Below are positions 1-10,635 of a stretch of 64,000 nt of DNA, piece by piece (the stretch's first letter is position 1; the number at the start of each line of letters is the position of its first letter). The stretch is taken from the NCBI GenBank assembly GCA_963840855.1, contig CAWJBB010000087.1, forward strand, positions 32,001 to 96,000, written 5' to 3'. A program made the translations under genes and the position numbers. The notes beneath the pieces were generated by a model. The model had not been told where the DNA came from and did no database searches. It saw nothing but the letters and a program-made list of their open reading frames with translations. This stretch comes from an uncultured delta proteobacterium. Lineage in GTDB: Bacteria > Desulfobacterota > Binatia > UBA9968.

Positions 1-2
1 AT

Positions 3-1022
3 ACGATTGTGAAAAAAGCCGAGGAGGAAGGGCAGGTCACTGTCTATGCGACCGACTCGATCGGTAACGCGCAGATGATCTGGGCGGCTTTTCAAAAGCG
101 CTACCCGAAAATCAAGCTTATCGGCACCACTATGGGACGCGGAAGCGATTTGTTCCCGAAGCTCTATGGCGAACGGAGAGCCGGCAAATTTCTTGCGGAT
201 GTATTCCTCGGCGCGCCGTCGGCGGTCTATCTCAATCTTTATCGGGCAAAAATCATCGAGCCGATTCCTCCGATGCTGGTCCATCCTGGTGTGATCGACG
301 TGTCAAAATGGTGGATGGGAAGGCACCATTATATCGATGCCGAGGGTCAGTACATTTTTATGTACGAGAGCGCTGTTTACGGCCCGCCGCTTTACTTCAA
401 CACCAACCTCGTCAATGAGAAAGAGATTAAATCGGCGTGGGACCTGGTCCAACCCCGATGGAAGGGAAAGTATCAGGCCCTCCAGATAGGTCCGACCCAG
501 GGCTCGACTGCGCTGACCTATGTGTATCATCATCCTCAGCTCGGGCCGAAATTCGTCGAACGTATCTACCGGGATATGGAGCCTACGCTGTTCCGCGACA
601 TCCGCCAGGGCACAGACTGGTTATCACAGGGGAAGTTTGCTCTCTGCTTTTTGTGTAGAAGGATCGACCGGGCTGCTATGCAAGGCCTGCCGGTTGCCGA
701 ACTCAACCCTTACCAGATCGAAGAGCGGCCGGGGATTGGTTCCGGCTCCGGCGCGCTGGTATTGATGAACCAGCATCCTCACCCCAACGGCGCAAAAGTT
801 TTCATCAACTGGTATCTTTCATTGGAAGGGCAAATCGCGTTCCGGCAAGCCAATACCGACGAGCTGAGGGTCACCTCGCTCAGGGAAGATTTGCCGCCGG
901 AAATTGTGCCGCCCACAGCGGTCAGGAGGAAAGATAAGGACTACCTTCTGATCAACCGTTCGGAGTGGATGGACTTTACGCCGATCCAAAAACTGCTCGA
1001 AGACATACGCAAAAGCAAGTAG
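3..1022 (+). CDS. ABC transporter substrate-binding protein, Fe3+/AfuA-like class (clade A), 5'-partial
   Basis: The frame is open from the window edge. Clade motifs ERRAGK, SKWW..H.YID.EG, LCFLC and HPHPNGAKVFINWYLS.EGQ are shared with downstream paralogs. Confidence 0.85.
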   Translation, partial: TIVKKAEEEGQVTVYATDSIGNAQMIWAAFQKRYPKIKLIGTTMGRGSDLFPKLYGERRAGKFLADVFLGAPSAVYLNLYRAKIIEPIPPMLVHPGVIDVSKWWMGRHHYIDAEGQYIFMYESAVYGPPLYFNTNLVNEKEIKSAWDLVQPRWKGKYQALQIGPTQGSTALTYVYHHPQLGPKFVERIYRDMEPTLFRDIRQGTDWLSQGKFALCFLCRRIDRAAMQGLPVAELNPYQIEERPGIGSGSGALVLMNQHPHPNGAKVFINWYLSLEGQIAFRQANTDELRVTSLREDLPPEIVPPTAVRRKDKDYLLINRSEWMDFTPIQKLLEDIRKSK

Positions 1023-1041
1023 CCGATAAAGGAGATATTCT

Positions 1042-2172
1042 ATGAGCGAGACAGCAACTGCAAAAAAACCGCCGCGGGCCGAATCGATCGACACCTATCG
1101 TCTATGGCAAGAGGCGCAAAAAATCCCGCTGATTACCGGCTTTTCCATCGAAGACATTAAAAAAGTAGAAGTCGCAACCTGGGAACTCAAGGGCGGGCTT
1201 GGCGCTTTTATCAATCTCGAAGGGACGGGCGGCATCAATGACGCCTACGTCTGCGTCATTCCGCCCGGTCAAAAGTTAAAGCCACAGCGGCATCTTTACG
1301 AAGAGATGGTTTACATCGTAGAAGGCGCGGGAGCCACTACAGTTTGGCAAAACGACGGGAAGAAACAAAGCTTCGAGTGGCAGGCCGGGAGCTTCTTCGC
1401 CATTCCTCTGAACGCCTATTACCAGCATCACAACGGCAGCGGCCGCGAGCCCGTGCGCTACTTCGCCGTGACCAGCGCCCCGCTCTACATAAACCTGTTT
1501 CATAATCTCGACTTTATTTTCGACAACCCGTTCGCCTTTCTCGATCGCTTCGATGCCAATGACGATGATTATTTCAGCCGGCAAGGAAAAGTCTGGGGAC
1601 CGCGTAACACGATGATTAATTTCATTGCCAACGTGAACACCATCGACCTGATCTCTTGGAAGCCGCGCGGCGCGGGCGGGCTCAACATGCACTTTGATCT
1701 GGCCGCGCAGTCGATGGCGGCGCATATCTCGCAATTCCCGGTGGGAAGTTACAAAAAGGCGCACCGGCATGGACCCGGAGCCCACGTGACTATACTGAGC
1801 GGTCAAGGCTACACGCTTCTTTGGCGAGAGGGAAGCGAGCGGATTCGAGTCGACTGGAAACCCGGCAGCGTGGTGGTGCCGCCGTGCGACTGGTTTCATC
1901 AGCACTTCAATTCCGGCAGCGTGCCGGTTCGCTATCTCGCGCTCAGAAAAGGCGGCGGCGGGCGGTTCAAATACCCGATCAATTTCAATGACGGCGAAGG
2001 GCCCGGGACGAGCATCAAAGAGGGTGGCGGGCAAATCGAATATGAGGATGAAGATCCGGATATTCACCGCGACTTCGAGGCCGCCATGGCGAAAGCAGGC
2101 GCTCGCTGCGCGATGGGCAGCTACCATCCGGGCTGCACGGAGGAGCAACAGGCAGCAAGCAGCGGGCAGTAA
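1042..2172 (+). CDS. bicupin protein, gentisate 1,2-dioxygenase-like
   Basis: Two cupin barrels (QRHLYEE..QHHN; KAHRHGPG..WFHQHFN). RBS ggag upstream. Confidence 0.8.
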   Translation: MSETATAKKPPRAESIDTYRLWQEAQKIPLITGFSIEDIKKVEVATWELKGGLGAFINLEGTGGINDAYVCVIPPGQKLKPQRHLYEEMVYIVEGAGATTVWQNDGKKQSFEWQAGSFFAIPLNAYYQHHNGSGREPVRYFAVTSAPLYINLFHNLDFIFDNPFAFLDRFDANDDDYFSRQGKVWGPRNTMINFIANVNTIDLISWKPRGAGGLNMHFDLAAQSMAAHISQFPVGSYKKAHRHGPGAHVTILSGQGYTLLWREGSERIRVDWKPGSVVVPPCDWFHQHFNSGSVPVRYLALRKGGGGRFKYPINFNDGEGPGTSIKEGGGQIEYEDEDPDIHRDFEAAMAKAGARCAMGSYHPGCTEEQQAASSGQ

Positions 2173-2290
2173 CCCCTTTTTCTGCTGCGCTGCTAACTGC
2201 TTACTGGATGGTCTGCCAGACGCTAACTAGTTTCTATCGTAAAAGTGCTTGTTATCGCCTGTGTCACGGTGCGCGCCCGTGAAAAGTAAA

Positions 2291-3454
2291 ATGGTTTTTC
2301 TTCGCAGGGATAATACAAGACTCCGAAGCTTTGGCTTTTTGGTTTTCTTGTTGTTGATGATCGAGCACGCCTGGGCGCAGCCGGAGCTGCCAGCCCGAAG
2401 CGCTAACGATTGGAAGAAAGAGTGGGACAAAACAATCGAGGGTGCCAAGAGAGAAGGACGAGTCCATGTCTATATTGGCGGTTGGGGCGCCGTGCTCGAT
2501 GCCGGGGAATTTCAGAAAGCCTATCCCTTTATCAAAGTAACCTCAGTCATGGGACGAGGAGGCGAGATCGCGAAGCGCATCTTGGCGGAGCGGCGCGGAG
2601 GCAAGTTCATCGCGGACGTGAGCAGCGAGGGCGTGGGATCCAACTTTCGGATTCTTCACGCCGCAAAGAGCCTGGATTCCATCAAGGCTGCGCTTATTCT
2701 GCCGGAGGTAGTGGATGAGTCCAAATGGTGGCAAGGACGGCACCGCTACGTGGATCCTGAGGGCCAGTATGTTTTTCGCTACGTCGCTCTCCCTCAGCTA
2801 GGCAACATCTCCTATAACACGAAACTCGTGGACCCCAGGGAGTTCAAATCCGTGTGGGACTTCGTCAATCCCAAGTGGAAGGGAAAAATCATCAGCCGTG
2901 ACATAAGAGACCCCGGTCCCGGCAATGCTCCCATGCGCTTTTTCTATTACCATCCGGACATCGGACCGGATTTCATACGGCGCCTGTTTGGCGAGATGGA
3001 TGTGACGTTGTTCCGAGATTTTCGCCAGGGAGTGGACTGGCTTTCCAGCGGCAAGTTCAGCCTGTGTTTTTTCTGCCCTGACATCGACCCGGCTCAAGCA
3101 CAGGGTCTGCCCGTTAATGAATTTGGACCTTTGAATGAAGGCGGCGGACTGCATACCCAGTATGGCACCTTGGCCCTCCTCGATAGAGCTCCGAATCCAA
3201 ATGCAGCCAAAGTCTTTATCAATTGGTTTCTATCGCGTGAAGGACAGCTTGCGCTGCAGAGAGCCCTGAACAAAGCCGGGGTGGACGCTCCGGATTCTTT
3301 GAGGGTAGATATTCCGAAAGATGAGATCAAGCCGGGCAACAGACGGATGGAGGCGGTTCGATATCTGGACCTGGATAGTCGCCCGGAGTGGATCGATATG
3401 AAGCCTATTGTTAACGTCTTCGAAGAAGCTTTCGGGAGGAAGCAAAAAAACTAG
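2291..3454 (+). CDS. ABC substrate-binding protein (clade A)
   Basis: Signal-peptide-like N-terminus ending AWA-Q; clade motifs; LCFFC. Start uncertain. Confidence 0.85.
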   Translation: MVFLRRDNTRLRSFGFLVFLLLMIEHAWAQPELPARSANDWKKEWDKTIEGAKREGRVHVYIGGWGAVLDAGEFQKAYPFIKVTSVMGRGGEIAKRILAERRGGKFIADVSSEGVGSNFRILHAAKSLDSIKAALILPEVVDESKWWQGRHRYVDPEGQYVFRYVALPQLGNISYNTKLVDPREFKSVWDFVNPKWKGKIISRDIRDPGPGNAPMRFFYYHPDIGPDFIRRLFGEMDVTLFRDFRQGVDWLSSGKFSLCFFCPDIDPAQAQGLPVNEFGPLNEGGGLHTQYGTLALLDRAPNPNAAKVFINWFLSREGQLALQRALNKAGVDAPDSLRVDIPKDEIKPGNRRMEAVRYLDLDSRPEWIDMKPIVNVFEEAFGRKQKN

Positions 3455-3571
3455 CGCATCCGGAACGAGCGCCGCAGGGCAAAAGCGCAGAAACTAAATG
3501 GTAGAGGAGGCCTAAATGGCGAATCGGCTTCTAATATCTGCCGCTGCTCAAGTCGAAGGGAGAATCGCTAG

Positions 3572-4759
3572 ATGTTAACCGTCGAAGAAAATGACTTGCT
3601 TTCAAGAGTAGGGCCCGGCACGCCGGCGGGAGAATTGCTGCGTCGCTACTGGCATCCGGTGGCCATCGCGGCGGATTTGACCCCGGACAGTCCGACGAAA
3701 TTTGTCCGCATCCTCGGCGAGGATCTGGTGCTGTTTAAGACGACGAAGGGTGAAGTCGGGTTGCTTAACGATCGCTGTTCGCACCGCGGCGTGTCGCTAT
3801 CCTACGGCCGAGTCGAAGAGCGCGGCATCGCCTGCGCGTATCATGGCTGGCTCTACGATACGAAAGGCAACTGTCTCGAAACTCCGGCAGAGCCGGCGGA
3901 CAGTAACTTTTGCCGGACGGTAAAACATAAAGCTTATCCTGTGCAAAAATTGGCGGGACTTTACTGGGCTTATCTCGGCCCCGAACCTGTGCCGGTCATG
4001 CCAAAATACGACGTGTGGGCGCGCACGGATGGCTGGCATTGGCTGCGCGCGTTGCCGCAGCTCGACTGCAACTGGCTGCAAGCGATGGAAAATTCCGTCG
4101 ACACGGCCCATCTGCATATTCTCCATCAAGAGCTGGTCACCGACGGATTCAAAGTCGAGAGCACGACGCGGGGAACCATCGACAATCTGGAAAAGTATGA
4201 GGTCGAGGAGTTTCTTTACGGTATTATCAAACGGCGCGTTTTCAAGGATGGAAAGATCGAGGAGCACCCGCTGCTCTTCCCAACCGTGCTGCGCCAAGCC
4301 AATCGTACCCAGATTCGCGTGCCGATCGACGATACGCACACCTGGATCGTTTACGTCCACTTCGTGCCGGACTCGGCGGAGCCGCGTGCAAACAAGGATG
4401 AGGTGCCGGTGAATTATCGTAAGCCGTTCAAAGATCCGCCGGACGCGCGCCATCCTTTCACGAAGTATCGACTCGATGAAGTGGATGCCCAAGATTTTAT
4501 GGCGTGGGAAACTCAGGGGCCGATTGTCGATCGCACTCGCGAACGGCTGGCGGCTTCGGATCGGGGGGTGGTCATGTATCGGGAAATGCTCAGGCGCGAA
4601 ATTGACAAGGTTGCGCGCAACCTAGATCCGATGAATGTGATGCGCGATCCGGAGCACGCGATCATCGATACCAAGATGGATGAGTCGTTGGACGTCGGTA
4701 AGGCAGGCTCCGTCAGATATCATGTGCCGCCGCCCGACCCGCGCGCGGCCCGAGGTTAG
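3572..4759 (+). CDS. Rieske non-heme iron oxygenase alpha subunit, phthalate 4,5-dioxygenase-like family
   Basis: Rieske CSH..CAYH; mononuclear Fe motif ENSVDTAHLHILH..QD; typical N-terminus GPGTPAGELLRRYW. Confidence 0.9.
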   Translation: MLTVEENDLLSRVGPGTPAGELLRRYWHPVAIAADLTPDSPTKFVRILGEDLVLFKTTKGEVGLLNDRCSHRGVSLSYGRVEERGIACAYHGWLYDTKGNCLETPAEPADSNFCRTVKHKAYPVQKLAGLYWAYLGPEPVPVMPKYDVWARTDGWHWLRALPQLDCNWLQAMENSVDTAHLHILHQELVTDGFKVESTTRGTIDNLEKYEVEEFLYGIIKRRVFKDGKIEEHPLLFPTVLRQANRTQIRVPIDDTHTWIVYVHFVPDSAEPRANKDEVPVNYRKPFKDPPDARHPFTKYRLDEVDAQDFMAWETQGPIVDRTRERLAASDRGVVMYREMLRREIDKVARNLDPMNVMRDPEHAIIDTKMDESLDVGKAGSVRYHVPPPDPRAARG

Positions 4760-4789
4760 AACCGTGAACAAACTCGGAGGTGTGACGTT

Positions 4790-5959
4790 ATGGCCAGATC
4801 GAGTTTTGTTGGATTTGCGGCGAATATGAATCTCTTTGCGAGAGTTTTAAGCCTCCTCGTCGTCGCCTTTTGGAATACCGCGTCTCACGCCGCCGAATCC
4901 AAACTCAATTGGCAAGCCGAATGGGAGCGCACGGTGCAGGCCGCAAAGAAAGAAGGCTCGCTGTCGCTCTATCTCTTCCAAGGCGAGGGCGAACTCGGCG
5001 CCGTGGTGCAGTTGTTTCAGAAAAAATATCCCGAGATCAACGTGGTTACGACCCTCGGGCGGGGCAATACGCTGGCGCCCCGCATCATGGCGGAGCGGCG
5101 CGCGGGCAAGTATCTCGTCGATGTTTATATCAGCGGGGTGACCACGGCCTATGAAGTATTCTATCGCGCCAAAATCTTGGACAGCGTGCGCGCGGCGTTG
5201 ATCCTTCCCGAGGTCACCGATGAGTCCAAGTGGTGGCTCGGCCAGCATCAGTACGTCGACCCGGAGAACCGCTATATTCTCCTCTATCTTGGCAACGTCG
5301 GCGAGTATGTTTCGTACAACACCAAGGCGGTGGAGGCGGGCGAGATTCGCTCCTACTGGGATTTTCTCCAACCCAAGTGGAAAGGAAAAATTCTCTCGCG
5401 CGATCCGAAGATTTCCGGCAGCCAACGAATCGGTCTGCGGATGTATTACCACACGCCGGAGTTGGGCGCTGAGTTCATCCGGCGCCTCTATGGAGAGATG
5501 GATGTGACGTTGACTCAAGAAATCCGTCAAGCGACGGATTGGCTGGCGCACGGGAAGTTTGCCATCTGCTTTTTTTGTTCCGAAATCCTGAAAGTCAAAG
5601 CTCAGGGCCTGGCTGTGGATGAATTTCGCACGGCGAAGTGGAAAGAGAGCCGGGCGATTTCCGCGGGCAACATGGGTTCTATAGTAATGCCGAGCCAGCC
5701 GCCGCACCCCAACGCCGCGCGCGTGTTCGTCAACTGGTTGCTCTCGCGCGAAGGTCAGACGGCGCTTCAGCGCGTCGCCAACACGCCTAACAATTCCGAA
5801 GAGTCGCTGCGCACCGATATCCCAAAGGACATGGTGCGCAGCGAAGTGCGGCGCGTCGACGGCGCCAAATATATACTGGTGGATAAACCCGAGTATATGG
5901 ACATGGCTCCGATACAGGAGATCGTCGAGAAGGCGTTGGCGCAATCAAAGAAGAGGTGA
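4790..5959 (+). CDS. ABC substrate-binding protein (clade A)
   Basis: Signal peptide (SHA-A), AAKKEG, ICFFC, PHPNAARVFVNWLLSREGQ. Confidence 0.87.
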   Translation: MARSSFVGFAANMNLFARVLSLLVVAFWNTASHAAESKLNWQAEWERTVQAAKKEGSLSLYLFQGEGELGAVVQLFQKKYPEINVVTTLGRGNTLAPRIMAERRAGKYLVDVYISGVTTAYEVFYRAKILDSVRAALILPEVTDESKWWLGQHQYVDPENRYILLYLGNVGEYVSYNTKAVEAGEIRSYWDFLQPKWKGKILSRDPKISGSQRIGLRMYYHTPELGAEFIRRLYGEMDVTLTQEIRQATDWLAHGKFAICFFCSEILKVKAQGLAVDEFRTAKWKESRAISAGNMGSIVMPSQPPHPNAARVFVNWLLSREGQTALQRVANTPNNSEESLRTDIPKDMVRSEVRRVDGAKYILVDKPEYMDMAPIQEIVEKALAQSKKR

Positions 5960-6003
5960 ACGGAGAAGAAGGAGAGTAATGGGTAAGGAGATCGTCGCTT
6001 CGT

Positions 6004-6110
6004 TGTCATTCTGAGGCCCTTCGACACGCTCAGGATAAACTCCGCCGAAAAATCTCGCCATCGAAACGACCTGAAAAATGCGAGATCCTTCGCTAGGTCT
6101 CAGGATGACA
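6004..6110. repeat. palindromic REP/MITE-like element (TGTCATTCTGAG...CTCAGGATGACA) with nested 27-nt module
   Basis: Terminal inverted repeat tgtcattctgag/ctcaggatgaca; insert at 6017-6043. Confidence 0.7.
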
Positions 6111-6168
6111 CCTTTAGAGCCTTACCAAAATGGATGCCCGACAGACCGAATAGTAGACGGAGGCCACC

Positions 6169-7298
6169 ATGGCCAGATCAACGGCGAATTTTTGGGACAA
6201 GAAGACGGCCTATGAAAACTGGATCGAATCGACCGGCGCGCCGATTCATCGCGGCTATTACATCGAAGACTGCCGCACGGTGGAGCTTGGCTACTGGCCG
6301 GAGCGGGAGTGCGACGCGGCATTTATTCAGCTCGTCGGTCAGGAAGGTGTGACCGGCGCTTACGTCACGGAGATTCCACCGGGAAAGACCTTGCCGTCGT
6401 TTCGCGTCGCGGTGGACGAGGTTGTTTACGTGCTGCAGGGCAGAGGGTTGGCGAGCGTCTGGGCCGGCGATCGCGCGAAAAGAATCTTCGAGTGGCAAAG
6501 CCATAGCATGTTTCTCATTCCCGGAAACTACCATTGCCAGTTGAGCAATATGCAGGGCGACCAGGTCGTGAAGCTCCTCCACTGCAGCTATTTGCCGCTG
6601 GCCATGTCGGTGCTTCCCGATCCGGAAATTTTCTTTAACAATCCACTGGTCGATTTCAACCTCCTTTATGGCCAGGGCGCGCGCGATATTTATTCTGAAG
6701 CCAAAGTCGTGACGCTTGAACGAGCCCGGCACAGTGCGCGACGGACGAAATATTTGGTTCGGGAATTTTTTCGCCGACATGAGAGCGTGGGACCGGCTCG
6801 ATCATTTCGAGAGGCGCGGCGCCGGCGGCCACGTCGTCTGGGTGGGTTTCCCGAGCTCGCCGATCTCCGCCCATATGTCGGTGTTTCCCGCGCGTACCTA
6901 TAAAAAAGGCCATCGCCACGGCCCCGGCTATTTGATCGTCATCCCGGCCGGCGAGGGTTATTCGATCATGTGGCCGGAAGGCGGAGAAAAAATTATTATT
7001 CCCTGGCACGAGGCGAGTCTGTTCGTGCCGCCCAATCGCTGGTTTCACCAGCACTTCAATGTCGGCGGCACGCCGGCGCGATATCTTGCCATCCATCCTC
7101 CGCGCGGGCTCAGCGGTATCAGCGAAAAAGTCGAAGACCGGGCCAGAGACCAGATCGAGTATCCCGACGAGGACCCGATGATTCGCAAAAAATTCGAAAC
7201 GGAGCTTACGCGCAAGGGTTTAGCAATCGCTGATGCCGGACGAGGCTTATCGAAACCGCGACTATGAATGGAGTTACACGCAGCTAAAGGCAAGCTGA
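6169..7298 (+). pseudogene. bicupin protein, two apparent frameshifts (about 6720 and 7225)
   Basis: ORFs 6169-6903 and 6716-7267 are consecutive halves homologous to 1042-2172. The tail SLMPDEAYRNRDYEWSYTQLKAS* is in a shifted frame. May be sequencing error. Confidence 0.75.
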
Positions 7299-7377
7299 GA
7301 GTCGATCGACTCTTCAAAATCGGAGTAACTTATCGCGTCTCAGCGATCGAAGATTTACGCAGTGGTGAACGAAGGTT

Positions 7378-8499
7378 TTGACGGCTCTTGTCGCGGGGCT
7401 TCTCGCGTTCGTGGCGGTTGAACGCGCTTCGCGCGTGGCACATGCGGCGGAAGCGAAGCCCGGATGGCAACTCGAATGGGAAAAAACCCTCGCGGCGGCA
7501 AAGAAGGAAGGCCAGGTCGCGGTCTATATCAGCGGCTACGAAGAGGTGTTGCCGGATTTTCAAAAGGAGCACCCGGAGATCAAAGTTATTGCCGTCACGG
7601 GCCGTGGCAGCCAGATCGGGCAGCGCTTGATCGCCGAACGGCGCGGCGAAAAGTTTCTTGCCGATGTCGTGAGCTCGGGCGGTGTAACGACGTATCAACA
7701 ACTGCATGTTGCCAAGGTATTCGACCCGATCAAACCGGCGTTACTTCTTCCTGAGATCATCGACACCTCGAAGTGGTACCAGAATAGACATCACTATGCC
7801 GATCCCGAAGGCCAATACGTTTTCAGCTATGTCGGTTCGGCGACCTACGGTTCGGTCAGCTACAATACCAAGCTGGTCGATGCGAAGGAGTTCAAATCCT
7901 ACTGGGATCTACTCAACCCCAAGTGGAAGGGGAAAATCATCTCGCGCGATATTCGTGTTCCGGGCCCCGGTTCGGGCAATGCGCGGCTGTTTTATTATCT
8001 TCAGGATGTCGGTCCATCGTTCATTCGCAAATTGTACGGCGACATGGATGTGACTTTGTTTCGCGATTACCGCCAGGGATCGGACTGGCTCGCGGTGGGC
8101 AAGGCTGCGCTCTGCTTTTTTTGCGAGGTCGATGTTTCGAAACAGCAGGGCCTGCCGGTGGATACTTTCGGCCCGCGCGTGTTCAAGGAAGGCGGCGGCC
8201 TGGTGCAGCAATTCGGCACGCTGGCGTTGGTAAACCGGGCGCCACATCCCAATGCGGCGAGGGTTTTTATTAACTGGCTTTTGTCGCGCAAAGGTCAGAT
8301 GGCCTTGCAAAGGAATATGCTCAATACGGAAAATCCCGCTGATTCTCTGCGCATCGACATTCCCAAGGATGATCTGCCGATCCTCAGTCGGCGCATTGAT
8401 GGCGTCACATACCTCGACACCAGCAGGCCGGAGTGGCAGGAGATGAAGCCGATCCTTGATGTCATGAACGAAGCGCTCAAGGCGGCGGGGAAGAGTTAA
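7378..8499 (+). CDS. ABC substrate-binding protein (clade A)
   Basis: Clade motifs, LCFFC; close paralog of 8707-9825. Confidence 0.87.
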   Translation: MTALVAGLLAFVAVERASRVAHAAEAKPGWQLEWEKTLAAAKKEGQVAVYISGYEEVLPDFQKEHPEIKVIAVTGRGSQIGQRLIAERRGEKFLADVVSSGGVTTYQQLHVAKVFDPIKPALLLPEIIDTSKWYQNRHHYADPEGQYVFSYVGSATYGSVSYNTKLVDAKEFKSYWDLLNPKWKGKIISRDIRVPGPGSGNARLFYYLQDVGPSFIRKLYGDMDVTLFRDYRQGSDWLAVGKAALCFFCEVDVSKQQGLPVDTFGPRVFKEGGGLVQQFGTLALVNRAPHPNAARVFINWLLSRKGQMALQRNMLNTENPADSLRIDIPKDDLPILSRRIDGVTYLDTSRPEWQEMKPILDVMNEALKAAGKS

Positions 8500-8576
8500 T
8501 ATTCGTGGCTCGTGATCGTGGCTCGTGCTCGTCGCCATGATCATGCGCGTACAAATTGGCGTGGCGCTGTCCGATC

Positions 8577-8664
8577 TCTTCCCCCTTGACGGGGGAAGAT
8601 TAAGATGGGGGTGCGTCGAACTATTGGGCATCCCTTCCTCAGCCCTTCCCCATCGAGGGGAAGG
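8577..8664. repeat. double-hairpin REP-like element
   Basis: Palindromes tcttccccc-ttgac-gggggaaga and ccttcccc-atcga-ggggaagg. Confidence 0.65.
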
Positions 8665-8706
8665 ATGTAAGAGCGTCACGTAAGCGATTCTACAAAAGGT
8701 ACGTGA

Positions 8707-9825
8707 ATGCGTCGTGTCAACTTCTTATTACTGGTGATATTTTTCCTCGGCTGCGCTGAGCGATCCGTTGCCGCTCAGGTGAAGCCCGCCTGGCAGCAGG
8801 AATGGGAGAGGACTCTCGAAGCGGCAAAGAAGGAAGGGCAGGTCGCGATCTATATAAGCGGCTATGACGCGGTGCTGCCGGACTTCGAAAAGGAATTTCC
8901 CGAGATCAAAGTTATCGCAGTGACGGGCCGCGGCAATCAGCTCGGACCGCGGCTCCTGTCCGAGCGGCGCGCGGAAAAATTTATCGCCGACGTTTCCAGC
9001 ACGGGCGCCAATCCCAACTACCAGCAATATTATCTCGGCAAAGCGCTCGATCCGATCAAGCCGGCGCTGATCCTGCCGGAAGTCACCGACCCATCGAAGT
9101 GGTATCTCAAAAAACATCAGTACTCCGATCCCGAAGGGCAGTATGTTTTCAACTACGTCGGCTCGGCGACCTATGGTTCGATCAGCTACAACACCAAACT
9201 AGTCGACGTGAAGGAGTTCAAATCCTACTGGGACCTGCTAAATCCCAAATGGAAGGGCAAGATCACCGGCCGGGACATCCGCGAAGCAGGACCCGGGGCG
9301 GGGAATACTCGCTTTTTCTACTATCATCCGGAACTGGGACCGGCGTTCATCAAAAAATTATTCGGCGAAACGGACATTTCGCTGTTCCGCGACTTTCGCC
9401 AAGGGCCGGACTGGCTGGCGACGGGCAAGTTCGCCATCTGTTTTTTCTGTGACGTCGATGTTCTGAAGCGGCAGGGATTGCCGGTGGACAGCTTCGGGCC
9501 GAAGGCGTTCAAAGAGGGTGGCGGACTGGTGCAGCAATTTGGCACGGTGGCACTGGTGAACCGCGCCCCCCATCCCAATGCCGCGAAGGTGTTCATCAAC
9601 TGGCTCCTCTCCCGCAGCGGGCAAATCGCGCTGCAGAAAAGAACCGCCAACGCCGAGAACCCGGCGGATTCGCTGCGTGTCGATATTCCCAAAGAGGAAG
9701 TGCCCTACGAGTCGCGGCGGTTGGAAGGCATCAAATATCTCGACACCGGCAAACCGGATTGGATCGAGATGAAACCGATTCTTGGCGTGGTGAATGATGC
9801 GCTGAAAGAGGCCGGAAAAAATTAA
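8707..9825 (+). CDS. ABC substrate-binding protein (clade A)
   Basis: Signal peptide, clade motifs, ICFFC. Confidence 0.88.
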   Translation: MRRVNFLLLVIFFLGCAERSVAAQVKPAWQQEWERTLEAAKKEGQVAIYISGYDAVLPDFEKEFPEIKVIAVTGRGNQLGPRLLSERRAEKFIADVSSTGANPNYQQYYLGKALDPIKPALILPEVTDPSKWYLKKHQYSDPEGQYVFNYVGSATYGSISYNTKLVDVKEFKSYWDLLNPKWKGKITGRDIREAGPGAGNTRFFYYHPELGPAFIKKLFGETDISLFRDFRQGPDWLATGKFAICFFCDVDVLKRQGLPVDSFGPKAFKEGGGLVQQFGTVALVNRAPHPNAAKVFINWLLSRSGQIALQKRTANAENPADSLRVDIPKEEVPYESRRLEGIKYLDTGKPDWIEMKPILGVVNDALKEAGKN

Positions 9826-9852
9826 CTGCAGAGTAAAGGAGAGGAGGACAAA

Positions 9853-10557
9853 ATGGCGACAATCAATAGCAGCCAAGTTGACGAGGTGCAGATTTTCGAT
9901 GTCGGCGAGGCGATGAAGCAGCGGGACCATCTGAGCGGTCGGGTCGATATGGCCAGATCGCCCAACAGCTTCATCGCGGTGTTTCAGACGCGGCCCCGGG
10001 GAGGCGAAACGCACATCCACCAGCACCCCGATTCCGATCAGATTCTTTACATCCTCGACGGCGAACTTACCGTGGAAGGGCTTTCGGGAAGATTTTTGCT
10101 CAAAGCCAATCAGGGCGTTTTGATCCCCGCGGGAGTTCACTATGGGTTTACCAACACGACCGAGCGGGATGTGGTCTTTTTAACTATGAGAACGGAGGCG
10201 AGCGGCGGGCGGCGGGTCGCCTACGTCGCAAACGTTCCGTCGGATATCCACGTCAAGATTCCGGCCGATGAAATCGGCGCCAAAGGATTTGGCCGGCATA
10301 TTTACGTCTATGCGATAGATCGCAGCACCATAGGGATATCTCCGCTGCTGAAGGACGAGTGGAACAAAGCGTGCCTGTTGCGCATGAATTGCGAGTACGA
10401 AAAACAGGATGGGTTCATTATCGCCAAGTTGCCGCAAAGAATGACGCAGTGGTACAAGATCGAAAAGTTGGGGGAGACTGACTATCGTCTGTTAACTGAG
10501 CCCGAGAAGGTCCGGGTCCGAATGGATCTAACGCCGCTCATAACTTCCGCCGTTTAA
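9853..10557 (+). CDS. cupin domain protein with unrecognised C-terminal domain
   Basis: Cupin motifs HIHQHPDSDQILYILDGE..LIPAGVHY; strong RBS gaggagg. Confidence 0.75.
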   Translation: MATINSSQVDEVQIFDVGEAMKQRDHLSGRVDMARSPNSFIAVFQTRPRGGETHIHQHPDSDQILYILDGELTVEGLSGRFLLKANQGVLIPAGVHYGFTNTTERDVVFLTMRTEASGGRRVAYVANVPSDIHVKIPADEIGAKGFGRHIYVYAIDRSTIGISPLLKDEWNKACLLRMNCEYEKQDGFIIAKLPQRMTQWYKIEKLGETDYRLLTEPEKVRVRMDLTPLITSAV

Positions 10558-10606
10558 AGTTCAACGTTCAATTCCGCACTTGAACTTTGAACCTGGAACC
10601 TTGAAC
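10557..10606. repeat. GGTTCAA/TTGAACC heptamer array
   Basis: gttcaacgttcaa followed by ttgaactttgaacctggaaccttgaac. Confidence 0.75.
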
Positions 10607-10635
10607 AGACAGGGATCCGGCAAGAGAGGTAACCG

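Noticed and set aside
1276-2148. Long antisense ORFs (also 4847-5944, 26786-27772, 47293-48366, 58969-60069, 61636-62661, 62723-63619)
   Set aside because: They are shadows of well-supported genes on the opposite strand in GC-rich DNA and have no family motifs.
6700-6740. Programmed frameshifting in split genes
   Set aside because: There are no consistent slippery sites, and intact paralogs or duplicate copies exist; sequencing indels are more parsimonious.
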